64,000 bases of DNA from positions 887,189 to 951,188 of the forward strand of contig JAWQFM010000021.1 of assembly GCA_033442325.1 (NCBI GenBank). The letters are read 5' to 3'. The translations under genes and the position numbers were made by a program. Below the pieces are notes generated by a model that was not told where the DNA came from, searched no databases, and was given only the letters and a program-made list of their open reading frames with translations. Positions 1-14,943 of the stretch are shown in pieces; within the stretch, counting starts at the first letter, position 1; every line of letters begins with the position of its first letter. Source of the DNA: Salpingoeca rosetta (taxonomy: Eukaryota; Protista; Choanoflagellata).

Positions 1-1373
1 ACACCAACACACACACACGCGCGCGCGCGCGTACTCCACTGCTGCCTGCACAGGCTGTGGCCGCAGACGGAAGCATCTACACGTGGGGACGCAACGATCA
101 GCTTCAGGTGGCAATTTTGATTGTCGTCCTATGATGCGCCTGTCAGCCCTGCCTGCCCGAACACGATGCATTCATGCGACCACATGTTGGCGGTGTTCGC
201 GGTTTTCTCTCGCTCTTTCTCCATTCGTCCGACTGATGTCACCCTGAGCTATTTTCACCGCCTTGATCTAGTCCCATCATCACCACGACCATCCTCACCA
301 CGACCATCACCATCATCATCACAACCACCATGACCACGTCATCACGATCACGCGCAGTGTGGCCACGGTCCTGCCGACACCACACCATCACTGTCGTCGT
401 CGTCGTCGTCTTCAGATCATTGTGTGTCCCAATTGCAAGTGCTTATCTTCGTCATGAGCGAATCAGGAATGCCGCGTGCACGCAACGTTCGCTGTTCATT
501 TATACCTCATTCACGTACTTTCACCTGTCACTTGTCCTCAGCCCTTCCCACACCCCTGTGCGCCATGCACGCCTACCCACTCACTCAACCACCACCACCA
601 CCACCACCACCACTACCGGCAGCAGTGCTCCCCATGATTGCGTTACCGGAGCCGCTGCCAAATGTGCAGAACACATGCACGCGCGTCGAATGCGGGTACG
701 ATGCCTGAGTCCAACATCACACGTGCACACACGAATTTGCTGATTTTGATTGATTGCGGTTATCACACTTTGCACACCGCACTGACGCGATTCAAACACA
801 CACACATACGCACAAAAACATCCAATGCAACGGCGCCTGTTTTGCGTTAGGTTGCGTCATGGCATGGCATTGACGCGCGACGGACACGTGATCCTGTGGG
901 GAACTGGCCCCATGTTCGCTGCTGACGAGGGACACATCCCAACACGGTGCGCGCCCACACACTGCTGTCTCTCTCACATAACCATGCTCAGTGCGCTTAC
1001 ACTTGCCCGCGCTTGAACATTTGTGTGTGTGTGTGTGTGAGTGTGTACGTGCTCGGGTGATGACCTGATCTGTACGCTCACCCGACGCTGCTGTGTTCAT
1101 GGCGTGTGCACAGCGTGGATGCACTGTCCGCATATTGTGTGGAGGGCATTTCCTCCGGACAGGAGCACGTTGCTGTCCTTGGTGCGTCCTACCTTTGCCG
1201 CTGCTTGTGTGTGCGTGCGTGCGTCTGTGTATGTATGTGTGTGTGTTAAACAAGAGATAAGGAAGAGGGGGTGGGCCGTGTCATCACAATTCACCCATGA
1301 AGATAGGCAACCATTTTAGTTTCCAGCGCTTGGCTCCCTCGCTGCTGACTCAGACGCTAACATAATTTGATTT

Positions 1374-1456
<83 letters not shown>

Positions 1457-4004
1457 TTCCATCAGCGAAACCGCGGGGTGGACCATCCCGTGGCCGAATC
1501 ATGTTCACGTGGGGAAAGGTGCGTGCATCCTAGTGGGCGATGTTGTGTTTTTCAGCTTCTTTCGCACATGTACCAAAACGCACACGCACACGTTCTACTC
1601 ACGTATAAATTGTACACGTTTGCACTCACACCTTCCCACCACCACCACCACCATCACCACCACCACCTCACGATGCTCGTTTGCCACACCAGAACGAGAG
1701 CGGGCAGCTTGGTCATGGTGATCGCGCTGTTCGCCGCGCCCCCACGGCTGTACAATCGCTCGTCGGACGCAGACCCGTCCTGTACGTGCGACAATGGGAT
1801 TGCCTGCAGGCAAACACGCTTGGTGCTTGGGGTGCAGGGAAAGTATGCATGCCTTGGTGTACACGCACGCACGGTTTGTCGTGGAAGCCAATTGTTGCTC
1901 ATCAATTTCAACGTGGTTCATGCACACATGCACACATGCACACACATGTGCGCTGCTGACAACGACAGCGTTGCTGCGGGCAATTCACACACGCTGGCTG
2001 CAACGAGTCTCGGACACGTGTACCTCGCTGGTACTTCTTGGCACGCAACAGCATGTGAGTTGTCGGGGCACCTGAAAGCAGCGGTTCGGTGGTCGTGATG
2101 GCGTTTGGTCGTGATTGGTTACGGAGGAGATTGGACATGCTCATTGGTTTGACCCACCTACAATATCAACACTCACAGCCGATGTTCCCGCCGTCAACCA
2201 CAATCACACACATGTACTCACACATACTCACAATCACACACCCCCGAAACACGTACACACACGTACGCACACACACACACACGTACACCCAAACATACAG
2301 CGCTATCCTCCCGCGTACCGTTTGACCGGCTGCTGTTCACGCTCGTGCCTGCGCTCTCGTGCGTGCGCGCGTGCTCTCTTGCTGCCGGTGACCACTTCAG
2401 CGCGGCCGCGTCGCTCTGTACATGTGTACGCCCGCAAGCACTCGACACCACGCCCAGTGCTGTGCGCGCGCGTGGTGTTGGTGGGAGATCTGGACTCTCA
2501 GTGGCACACACAGCATCCACACCATCATCATCGTCATCAGTGCAATCCTCGTCCATGTCCTCAACATCACACCCGTCATCATCGTCGTCGTCGTCGTGCA
2601 CAGCGGTTGTGCATCTTGTTGCCCCGGAACACGAGGAGCACATGGCCAAAATGAAACGCCGCTTTGCGCACTACCGCTCATACGTCAATCATCCCCACGG
2701 CCAGCGCCTTGACGCAATCCTGGCCAAACCGCTGCCCAAACCGCGCGGCGCCGTACACAAACACGTGGATGGCGCGTGCGTGCGTGAGCTGAGCGGTGTG
2801 CACGAGACGTGTGCTGTCGTGTGCACTTCCACGTGTCGCCCCTGCGATGAAATCGCTATTGTGCAGGCGCTCACGGCACGCGAAATGGATGCTGTGAACC
2901 ACTCACGAACCTTGCTGCGCGGGGGCTTCCTGCCCTTGAAGAAGAGCAAGAAAGTTAAGGCGCTGCTGTCGCCGTCGTCCTACCGCATCCTCGCAGCTGC
3001 CGTGGATGCGTACAGTGCACTGTGGCAGACAACGTGTGCGCTTGTGGACCGCCTGCTCATCCTCATCCACCATCGCAAGGGCGCCGCCCTCATCCCAGTG
3101 CGTGCAAGATGCTCTGCTGCGTGATGACACGATTGTGCGAATTGGGATGGTGTTTGTTGCGTAGGTTATGCTTTTCGTGTCTTGTGTGGCTGTGTCCGCC
3201 GGTTCTGTTTTCCCTTCTTGCTTGCCGTTGCTGCGCGGTGTGCATGTTCCACTTTCCATGTGGGTATGTGTTCGCAACATCACAAGCCATACGTTCATTC
3301 TCCACCATCTCGCCGCCGTAGTCTCACACCCCCCTGCTGCTACACCGCAACATGCGCTTTGTCGCCTGCTGCAGCAACTGTTTGAGTCGCTTGGCCTGAC
3401 GACTGCGTATGCGGCGTACGGGAGCGCAGCAGCAGATGCAGCGGCAATGGGACTGGCGATGGATACAGAGGTGCAGTCCGCACTCGCGCAAGGCATCGAG
3501 GCCACGACGGGCGTCCCCGTCAGTGCAGACAACCTGCTCCAGTGGGCTCTCATGCAGGTGTGATGGCTTACGTGGTGATGGCTTACGTGATGGTGGTGGT
3601 GGTGATGGTGATGATGATGATGCATTGCGATGCTAGCATTGCTGTTGTGTATGAGACTTGCCGCTGCGTGTGGATGAACTGCCTCTTCTCAAGATGACAC
3701 ATGTCGCCTGTCTTCCTGCATTACATCACTCTTCCCACGCCATTGCACGTTGCCCTTGTCTCTTCGTTCACCCCATCCCCTGTCCATGCTCCTTCCACCA
3801 TCCTTGCCTCCAAACAACACCATCTGCCTTCACTGCAGCCGTTCAAGCGTCTCAATGACTACAGCGCCATGTTTCGTCTCCTTGCCCGCTGCTCTCTCAC
3901 GCCCACGGCCGAACAGCGGCGGACGATGCACGAGGCCTCGCTCGCCTGGGAGTCGCTCGCCAAGGTGCCAACTGCACACAATGTCCTGTTGTTAAAGTGT
4001 GTGG

Positions 4005-4046
<42 letters not shown>

Positions 4047-4346
4047 GTGTGTGTGGGGGGGGGTGTGCGTGTGCGTGTTCGTTTTCCTGAGAATGCGTTG
4101 GATCTGATATTTGATTCTCAACGCTTCGATAACACAACACCCCAATTTGAATTTGGGCTGTGCGTTGGTGATGTGCAATCGTCTCCAGCACACGCGCGTT
4201 GCGTTTGATGAAGCAACAGACACATCCCGGTTCTGGAAAATCAATCCAGCGTAAGTGCTGCTAATGCCATCGCGCTGCCAGTGTTGTTGTCAACCGCAAC
4301 AACCACATGTGCACACGTTTCGCATACGCACACTCACTCACGAGCG

Positions 4347-4383
<37 letters not shown>

Positions 4384-4819
4384 TCACTCACTCACTCACT
4401 CACTCACATTACTCCCCCCCCCCACACACACACACACACAAACACATACAAACAGGCTGCGCCGGTCGCTGTGCAAGCCAGGACGGCGCGTGGTGGCACA
4501 CAGCGCCAAGGTGCCCATCCACGTGCGTGCAAGCATCAACTCCAACATGGTCGTGCTCTTCAACGACACGCTGTTTGTTGCGTACATGTTCAGCAGCCGC
4601 ACGTATGACCTGGCAACCATCTGGATGGAGGAGCCACCGCACACCGCTAAGGACAGGGAGGACTTTGCTTTTACGCTCGTGTGTCCGGAAGAACGGCTTG
4701 TCTTGGCGGCGCCAAACAGAAACAACCTCGCATTCTGGATTGAGGCAATCAAGCTTGCACAGTGCCAGCTCTTTGTTCCCGTCCGCAGAAGCAACAGCAA
4801 CAGCAAGAGCAACAGCACG

Positions 4820-4850
<31 letters not shown>

Positions 4851-5123
4851 GCAACAACAAGGGTGCGAATGGGACACGCAACAACAACCACAAGGAGACA
4901 GCTCGCACTGCCACCATCGCTTCCACCACCACCACCACCACGTCCAAGGCAGCACGGGCAAAGAGCAAACGCACGAGCACAACCCACGGCGCGCGCAGTG
5001 CAGGCAGTCGCGTTGGTGAGGGCCGGGCGAAGCGTCGTGCTGACTCTGGCAAGGCGGCATCGTCGGTTGACATGGCCAGTGGTGGCAGTCATCGTGACAA
5101 CGGCGGTGGTAATGGTGGCGATA

Positions 5124-5164
<41 letters not shown>

Positions 5165-5809
5165 AAGGAGGAGGAGGAGGAGGAGGAGATTGTGAGGGAG
5201 CTGCTGAGCGACAGTGATGCAGCGACAACACACGCGCACGCGCACAGACACCAGACCCTCAACACGCCTCAACACGTCAGCCCAACACGGCTACAAACGC
5301 AACAGCAGCTGCGCCAGTTGCAGCGGGCGCGTGATGGCGGAGGAACGCGACAACGGACGCGAACACGAAGCACCGGTGAAGAGACAGTGACTGCCGACCG
5401 TGTGCTGCGGGCTGTGGGCGTTGATGATGTCGATGACGATGACGATGACGATGATGATGATGATCAAGATGATGACGGTGTTGGTTGTGGTGAGAGCACT
5501 GACACAGTGAACGGTGGATCACGCGGTGAAGTGGATGGTGGTGGTGGTGGTGATGATGATGATGATGATGATGAGGACAAGGAAGAAGAAAGCAGCGAGA
5601 GCTTCAATGAGGAAGATGATGCATGGCACTCGCTCACGTCATCATCGTCATCATCATCATCCGCAACAAGCGCCAATGGCGATGGCAGAGATGCGGACGT
5701 CGTGAACGTTGTTGGCAACAGGCGTGGTGATCGCGGTGTTGTTGTTCACGTCAACCCAACGCGGCGTCTCAGCAGCAGCAGCGCCTCATTCGCACAGCCG
5801 CAGACACAT

Positions 5810-5844
<35 letters not shown>

Positions 5845-6909
5845 GTCATCTGGAAGCTCTGATGCTGCAGTGCGCGCACATCAGGAAGGGAAGACAGCAA
5901 AGAAGAACAAAACGGCGAAGCGTGTGCGCATGTACCGCGTGGGACACGACGCCCTCAAAGCCGTTGTGGCGCACGAACGTCAAGCCGTGTCGCTGGCCCA
6001 CCACCACCGCCTTGTGCGCCGCATCTGCCGCTACCACTTCCGCAACCACCCGCACTACCGCGGCGCCGTGTACGATGGCGAGTGGCGCAACGCAAAGCCG
6101 TCGGGGGAGGGCACCATGACGTGCAGCGACCGCACGCGCTACTCCGGCATGTTTGTGGACGGCTTTTGCGAGGGGATGGCCACGATGGAGGCACCGTATG
6201 GTGTTGGTTCCATGGCTGTTGCGTCCGGCATGTGGCACCGTGGGTCACTGGACGGCCACGCGTGTGTGCTGTACCACAACAAGGACAAGTACCTTGGCGA
6301 GTGGCAGGCGCACGCCCACCACGGCTACGGCGTGTGCACGTACGCAAACGGCAGCGTGTACCGCGGCGAATGGCGCAACGGGCTGCGGTCTGGGTATGGC
6401 ACGCTCGTGTCTGCGTCGCTGGTGTACTGCGGCATGTGGCGTGACGATGCGTTTCATGGGCCAGGTCTCCTCATTGAGGACGACACATTGCACGAGGGCG
6501 AGTTTGCAGCCGGCAAGCTCGTTGGCCAGGCCCTCATCGCATCCGCACGTGATAACGTACATGTGTGTGTGTTTGTGGGGGGGGGGGAGGGATTTGTGTG
6601 TGCATGTATACACGTGTGTGTAAGAGAGTGAGTGGTGCCATGCCTTTCCTCTTCGTGCGAGCTTGCAAGTTTACTTGCACTTTTTTGTGTTTGCTTCGGG
6701 GGTTTTGTTTGCTTGTGTGACCTGCCTCACCTCACCTGCCTGCCATGGGCTCACACCTGTTGTCGCGCCTCTCCCGTTCCAACAGGTGTGGTTCGTCGGC
6801 GGTGTTGTGCAGCGAGGGTTCTTGCAAGGAAAAGGCGTTCTGCACACACAACACTGCATCATTGGTACGTTGTATGCTGCTGCACGTGCATGTGTGTGTA
6901 TGTGTGTGT

Positions 6910-6959
<50 letters not shown>

Positions 6960-7928
6960 TGCTGTTGCTTTGTATTGAAGCATGAAAACACGCGTTTCTC
7001 GTGCATGTGTAATTTGACGTTCGCTCGGCACAAATGAACGCCACTGTGAATCGCGTTGCGCCCACCTGCCACCTGCAAGCTCCCCCATTCTCCTCACATG
7101 ACCAACACACACACGTGTGCATGTGAATGCCATGTTTCACCTGCGGTGTTGGCAGAGGGCGTGTTCAATGGCCCATGGGAGCCGAGCAGTATTCCCGCAT
7201 CATCAGCTGTCGTCCACGCCAGCGCTCCATCGCAGCAGCACCACGCGCCCTCGTGTACAGCACCTAGAGCGTCCCTGACGAAAGGGAGGACTGGCATCGA
7301 CGAACTTGTGCGTGCCATGACGCAACACGTCCACCAGCACCGCTCGCGTGTGCTGTGGAAGAAGTCGCGGCTGCAGACGAACACGGGCGCGCTCACGGAG
7401 ACGGCGCTGCGCACGTGGGAGCAAGTCAGACCGCAGGACAAGTGGAGGCCTCTCTTTGAGCGATGCATTCGGGATGTACGTCTTGTGTTTTGCAGTAGGA
7501 GTCGGTGGGGGCACGAGGGAGTGTTGTACCGTTGTGGCGGATGATGTCGTTTGTGCGTGTGCGTGCGTGCGTGCGTGGTTGTTTTGTGTGTGTACATGTC
7601 TGTTGTGTGCGTGTGCGTGTGTTCGCGTCTGCCTCACACCTGTTGTGGGACTGCGCGTTTGCGTGTTCAGCTGCGGCGATTAGAGAGCAGGCGCTCGTCG
7701 TTCCAATGCAACAGCGGCGGTGGCGGCCCAACGCGTCCACAGCTCCCACCATCCGATCTACACGACCTGACGTACGTCCGCTCGTGCGTGTGTGCGAGTG
7801 TGTATGTGTGTGTATGTGTATGTGTGCGTGTGTGTATGTGTGTGCGCGCACGTCCACGTCTTGATTGTCAATGTTTATTGCAGTTCATGTCCCTTTCTAG
7901 ATGTTGCGTGCTTTACAACAATCATCAT

Positions 7929-8007
<79 letters not shown>

Positions 8008-10952
8008 TCAATGACCCATTGGTTGGCGCAGGGCCTACTTGTGGCGAAAACTTCATGACCACGCCCACCCGTGGGGACGCCTGGTGGAGGATTTGACCGA
8101 CGCGTTTCATTCCGCTTATGGTGGCGTGGTTGTCGGCTCGCGATCAGCCGCCCACGCTGTGGAGGAGGTATGTCGGGGGGGGGGGGGGGGAGGCGCGGAA
8201 CATGTGTGTGCGTGCGTGTGCATGTGTGAGTGAGTGTGTGTGGCGTTTTGTTCCGATGCATGACGATATTGATCGCTCCATATGGAAGTCAATGCACCTC
8301 ACGTGCGCAATTCTTGCGTGTCCGCGACCTTTGGTTGTGTTTTGCTTTCGTCAGTTCCATGGCATGCTTCGCAATCTGGAGAAGACAGTTCTCATTGTGT
8401 ATCCTCAACTCAAGGGCTTCGAGTACGTTTTTCACGCGTTGCAACACATCTGTGCGCACACACATGGGACCGCAGCCCTCACCTCGCGTCCTGTTGTTCA
8501 CGTCCATATTGCATCAATCGTCATCCCGCTGTTCACACACGCACTCACACTCGTGCACACACAAACACACACACACACACACACGCACACACATGCTCAT
8601 GCACACCTTCACGTGCGGTTCAGGTGCGACCATTGTGCGTATGGTTTCCTGCAGCGCAGTCCCGTACACGCGAGCGTCTACCACGTCGTGCTCGAGCCCG
8701 TCCTTGCAGAACACATTGATGACACTCTTCGTCCACTCCTCCAGGCAGCGACACAGGTCTGGTTTGTTTCGTGTGTGTGTGCGTGTGTGTGTGCACGCGT
8801 ACATGTGCTTGCGTGCTGTCATTACCGTACATGACATCATGCTTGCTTGTGTTTTCACACATGGGCGTGTGTCAATCATTCACTTGTCTCGCTCCTCCCA
8901 ACCGCCACACCATCTCATTTGGTTCCTTCTCGTCCAGTCGCTGGACGCGTGTGTGCGACGAAGAACGGACGTGCTGCAAGTGCTCCCAGACGATCTCCTC
9001 TTAAAGGAGCTCAATGTCGACCCAAAGTTCGCATCAGCGCCGCGTGTTTGTGTGTGTGCGCGTCTGTCTGTGTGTGTCTGTGCGTGTGTGTGTGTGTGTG
9101 TCTGTGTGCGTGTGTGTGTCCATGCCAGCGTTTCCTGTCGCGTCGTTGCTCAAGCCGCCTGATATGTGGTTTTGTTCTCATCATCATAACCACCACCTCC
9201 ACTCCTTCCCAAAGGTTCTTGCCTGCTGTTTCTCGCTTTCCGGATCCAGCGACGCCAGCGAGGGTAAGACGAGACCAGTGCATCAACCACTCTTTGTCGC
9301 TCGCAGCCCATTGGCAGTCCATTGATCAAGCACGTGCTGATGATCCTTAAACGACCTGGCCCCATGCACATGCACATTCACGCACACAACACACAGCGCA
9401 AAGCGCATTTGCGAGCATATTCACAGCTTGATCCTTTGTTGTCTCTTCACAGTCGATTGCGACGTCGACACCGCGCCGTCGCGCTCCGCGCACCCTCTCG
9501 CCAGCACCATCCGATCCGGGTGCGCAGGACGTGCGCTTGTGTGTGTGTGTGTGTGTGTGCGTGTGTGTGTGCGTGTGTGCACATAAAGTGCGTGCACTTG
9601 TTTTTGCGGTTGGCGCCTGCATGTTGTTGTTTCATTCTTCATGGGCTCACCATCTGTGGTGCTGTTGTGTCTCAGACCCCAATGACTCCTCTCGCTCCTC
9701 CAGCTCGCTGGTGCGTACTCGTTCCACGCGCATGCGCGCATATGGCGCTACTTTGCTTCATACACGCCTCATCTCACACTCACATGCACGCATTCTGAAC
9801 GAACGCACATGTGTTCTGAACACACACACACACGTACTCACACACACACACACACATATATATCACACCCCTACCCACACACGTGCACATACACGCTGCA
9901 GGTGTTGGACGCCTCGGCCAACGAGCCGCCCCCGGGCACACTGCACGCCCCGTTTGCCGGCGAGCGGCTGTCTGAGGACTACCTGCTCAGTCTTCCGCGC
10001 ACGGCAATACCGTGGTCGGGCGGGTCATCAAGGGCAGACAGCGTTCTCGCACTGCACACGCCGAGGTGCGCTGCCGTGCATGCTGTGTTGTTTGCTTGCT
10101 TGTTTGTTTGTTTGTTTGTTTTTTTTTTTTGTTTTTTTTTTGTGTGTGTGTGTGTGTTTGTGTGTTTGTGTGTTGGTGTTTGTGTGTGTGTGTGTGTTTG
10201 TTGTCTTGTTTGTTTGTTTGTTTGTTTGTTGTTTGTTGTTTGTTGGTTTGTGTGTGTTCGTTCGTTCATTTGTTGACCCAATCTTCTGCAAGTCTTCTCG
10301 TTCCCACGTTACCTGCATGCCTTTTCCCTCATCACTCTCGTATTCTTATCCTCCGTGCGTTACCTCCCATTCGTCTGCCAGCCGATCACCAACAATGGAC
10401 AGCGCATCGGTGCGTGGCACTCGATTCCATTTGCCCTTGCACGCTGTGCCCCTCTATGATTGTTGTCTTCAATGGCATTGTTATGACACTCACCCTTTGT
10501 TTGTGCCATCATGTGTGCACATGTGTGGATGTGTGCGTGTATTTTATTTCGTTCAGTCGCTGCATTTGGACCAGTCGTCCCTGAACGCAACGCTGGGGCA
10601 GCACTCGCTCTACCTCAACCCAATGTACGCACATGCACACACGCCTCCTCCCCCGTTGAGTTTGTGTTTCTTCGCCCCAGAGTGACCACGCCATCATCTG
10701 TTCACGCCGCATCTGATTGTATGGTTGCTTGTTCGTCAACACCAACCCTCGCGCCTCCCCTTTCCCTGTCACTGCCATCGTACACGCGCACTCTCACTGC
10801 CCTGTACTCTTTGTTTGCATTGTCGCCATCACGCGCACGACACCAAATCATTGCCGCAGCACGCAAGACGGGTCGCCTGGCTTGATGTTGGATTGCGTCC
10901 TCCTCCCACCACACCACGTCTTCCAGCCAGGGTGAGCTCGTGTATGTATTGT

Positions 10953-11034
<82 letters not shown>

Positions 11035-11664
11035 GTGTTGTACATTGTGCAAGTTATCGGCAAAATGCACCCTGCTCCTTTCCCAACACCCCGCCACGAC
11101 CCTTTTCTCTTACCACGACGACGACCACCACTACCATGTCTTCCTCGTCCCCACACCTGTGCAGGTTTGTTGACGCGGTGCAAGAGTTTCAGCGCCTTCC
11201 ACGCCTTCATGGCGCAGCGGCCAAGATCAACTGCATTCATCGCGTTGCCGCCTCCCTCGCCGGGGCCGCACACCAGTTTACAGGACAGGTGCGCATCTGC
11301 ATACACACACGTTCACATCAAACCTGCGCTGTTTGTCGTCGTTTACTGCGCCTGCGCTGTCGTGTTAACCAACTCTTTCGACGTCGACATATGCGTTCCC
11401 CACAGCCCCCCCCCCCCCACACACACACACACTTACACACACACTTTTACACACTTGCACACCTTTTCTGGTCGCCAGGAGTCTGTGGTGAACATGGATG
11501 CGCTGCTGCCGCTGTTCATCTTCGCCCTCGTGCGGGCGGAACTGGATAGCGTGCAGGCAGACCTGCTGTACCTCCACCTCTTCCTCGACGACACCATCGC
11601 CTCGGGCGAAACAAACATGCTCATCACGACGCTGCTCGCCGCGTGCGAATACCTTCAACAGTGA
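1..11664 (+). CDS. ALS2: Alsin-like Rab5 GEF (RCC1 repeats, DH, PH, MORN repeats, VPS9); multi-exon, 5' end outside window
   Basis: RCC1-type exons AVAADGSIYTWGRNDQLQ (~54-107), RHGMALTRDGHVILWG (~855-900), VAAGNSHTLAATSLG (~1970-2015), LAAGDHFSAA (~2380). DH-like QPFKRLNDYSAMFRLL (~3837). Alsin-type PH region LRRSLCKPGRRVV..VVLFNDTLF..LATIWME (4456-4770). MORN repeats YDGEWRNAKPSGEG, YLGEWQAHAHHGYG, YRGEWRNGLRSGYG (6070-6540). VPS9 region KINCIHRV / MDALLPLFIFALVRA..GETNMLITTL ends at TGA 11662-11664. Confidence 0.9.
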
Positions 11665-12145
11665 CACAACCTCTTGCTGTGTGTATGTGTGTGCTTTTTG
11701 ATATGAGTCGTAAGGGATGGGTGATTGTCTCAAGGTGTTTGCAATTCACACCGCCTCTTGACCCCTCAGTTGTCTTGCCTGCAGGCAAGTATTATTGGTC
11801 TCAGGTGGTGGTGTGAGTGTTGCTTTCGTACTCCACCACGTGTTGCCTCCAGGGTGTTGGGTTTTCAATGTAATTGACGTACACAAATTGTGGGTAACAC
11901 AATGCAACTTGCTTGGAGGCAGCCTCCACCTCGATCATCGTCATTAGGAAAGATAAACAGCATGCCGTGAAAAGGAGGAAGAAACAAAAGCAATATGGAC
12001 TGAAATGAAATGTATCTCACACACCAAGAGAACACACCAAGAGACTCTTGTTGTTGTCATTCGAGATTCACCACTATTCTCGCTCACACTTACACACGGG
12101 CACATACACCCTCACACACACACACAGCACACACACACACACACA

Positions 12146-12180
<35 letters not shown>

Positions 12181-12192
12181 GCACACCAGCTT

Positions 12193-12841
12193 TCAGTTTG
12201 GCAGCGTGTAAGGCCTGGCCGTCTGCTCCAGCGTGCCCTTAACCGTTTCGGGGTTGTGGTTGTAGGTGGCGGGGCATGCCTGGCGCGATTCCTCCCGCGA
12301 CAGTTCATGCAAGCGGGCAACAGCCTCGACGTGGCAGAAGTACAGGTACTCGCGTGCCTTGTGCGGCGCATCAATGTTTGGCTTCTTCCATGTTGGAAAC
12401 TGGACGCCAAAGTCCTCAAAGGAAATGGTCTTGTCACCAACACGCAAGCGTCTACCCTCACGCAGACTGGTCAGGCATGAGCGGGGGACAAGCTGCCCCG
12501 TGCCCATCATGTGCACACCCTTGAACCCGGACGGCTGATGCGAGCAGTCGTGACGGTCGTGCTCCTCGGGGTTGGACACATTCAGATGCCCGCGCTCGCG
12601 TGTGCACGGGTAGCCGCACCACGGGCAGCGTTCACCACAGCGCGGTTTGGCGTTTGCCGCGCTGACATACTGCCTGTCAGTCAGGTGCTCAAGCAAGTCC
12701 TTTGCAAACTGGTCCTTTGTGTCGTTCCAGCTGGACAGCAGCGCCTCGGTGCTGAGCTCACCGTTGCCAACGCGCAGTTTTGCAATCTCCGTCAGCATCT
12801 CAGACACGTCGTCAACCTCAATCCGTGCCTTGGTCTCATCG

Positions 12842-12873
<32 letters not shown>

Positions 12874-14890
12874 GTCGTCGTCGTCGTTGTCGTCGTCGTT
12901 GTCGTCGTCATCGTCGTTGTCGTTGTCGGGCACAACAGCGCGGTTGGCTTCGTCGTAGAGAACATCAAACTTGCGGGCGAGCGTAGCCAGCTTGTTGCCC
13001 TTTGCCTTGCGCCTGAGCAGCCGCAGCACTTCAACCTCCGGCTGCTCAGTCTTGTCTGGCAGCTCCACCGAAGCGATGCAGTCCTTCACCTTGGCCAGGT
13101 ACGCTGCCATGGCTGTTCGCAGGTGGGACGAGGCAGCGTCGTCGTCTTCGCGTGGCTGCTCAAGGTACTTGAGCGTCATTCGCCGTGTCATGTCATCAAA
13201 GTGCTGGTCCGTGTGCTGCACGCGATCAAGGATGGTGTCCACATCGCCATTCTCGTGCATGGCCAAGAGCTCCAGGTCCACCAGTGCGGCCACCACAGAG
13301 GCGTTGGTGATGAACTCTTCCTCTACCACCTTTGGCGCGAACTTGGCCGTGACATACTCGAGAAAGTCGGGCAACCACGCCTCGTGGAGTGCCTCCGTGA
13401 TGTTGAACTTGAGCAGGCTGATGCCCTTCAAGCCCTTCATGATGGCCTCAGCGTACTTGTGCAGGCTGTCGCGAGAGCCTGCGATGCGCCAGTACAGGCT
13501 GTTCTGCATGTCCCACTGGTGCTGAAGCAGGAGGAGCTGTGCCCGCAGCTGCCAGAACACAGCGTGGAGAAGTCCTTGCCGGAAGCTCACGGAGGAAATG
13601 CCAGCGTCGGCGTGCTGTTTGTCTGCATCGCGCAGAGCGTTGAACACAATGTCGTCGGAGTAGCACTTGTGTCCTGCGACTGCCCGATCAACAGCCGTCT
13701 TGGACATCTCCCTGATGAGTGCGCGCGCGTCAATGGTGGAGTCACGGCCCTGCAGGCGCGCCAGCACCGCAGCCCAGAAGGGCTTCTTGTTGTCCACCTT
13801 CACACGCTTTCCTGGCTTCATGGGCACGTGCTCCTGGGTGATTTGCGCGTACATGTTGTGGTCGCCTGCGACGTGCTGGAACACGACGTCACATCACGAA
13901 TGTTGTCGTCAACCTTGTCCTCATCTAAGGGATGGTCGGTGAGAATCTTCTCCAGGACTTGGTCGAACCAACGAGTGAACACGGCATGCACGTCAACGTC
14001 GTCGTCACTGGCGTCCCTCAGCTCCAGGAACCTGATCTTGAGCCACTGCCGAATCTCTTGCTGCATGGCCTTCTCCTTGCGCTCCGACCCGAGGTGTTTG
14101 GCAATCAGGGATGCAAGCAGCGCCTTCCAGTGGCTGTTCTGTGCTGCAATGAAGTCGTCCCATCGCACCATCTGCGTTGCCTCCCACTGCTGGAAGTCCT
14201 CAAGGAAGGTCCTCACCCTCTCCGTCATGATTTTGCGTTCGTTCTGCGTCTTGTGCATGAGCACGCCAGCCCAGTGCTCAATCTTTGCGGCGATGTACAC
14301 TTCCGTCATCTCGCCGCCCTCGTCAGAGGTGGTGCTCTCGCCATCCAGCACACTGTCGGCCACGACGTCGTACGCGTAGCGATACACGCGCGCAAGCCGC
14401 TGCTGCAGAGCCGTCAGCCCAACCGTCATGCGGGTGTACGCCTGCCGCTCCACAATGGTGGCAAAGCTGACGGCAAAGTGGGCCGAGTCCAGGCACTGCC
14501 ACACCGTGTTGGCCAGGGTCTGGATACCGCCAATGGTGCGGGCACGCCACTCTTCCTGCTCCGTCACGCGCTTGTGGATGTAGCGGCGCAGCTGCAGCAG
14601 GGCCTTGGCATACTCGGCCTGCGGCTTGTCTTCGGGCGGGAAGTCGCCAGCCTTGATCTGCCCAATCACGTGCACGTCACTCTCCATGGGGTCATCCAGG
14701 GAGCAGCGGAGGTCGCGCGTGAAGAGCTTGGCAGAGGCAGCAGAGGCCTCCTGTGGCGTTGGCTGGCGGCGGTGGGCCTGCACGTGCCGCCGCATCAGCT
14801 GCTGGTGGTGTGGATCCATCTGAGGCTGAACACGGCGCCGGCCAACAGCCCGAAGGGCAACCATGTGCTGGTCGCTCATGTCGTCATCGC

Positions 14891-14943
<53 letters not shown>

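Noticed and set aside
13880-13900. Programmed -1 ribosomal frameshift in the GVIN-like gene
   Set aside because: No slippery heptamer; a 5-nt duplication explains the shift more simply.
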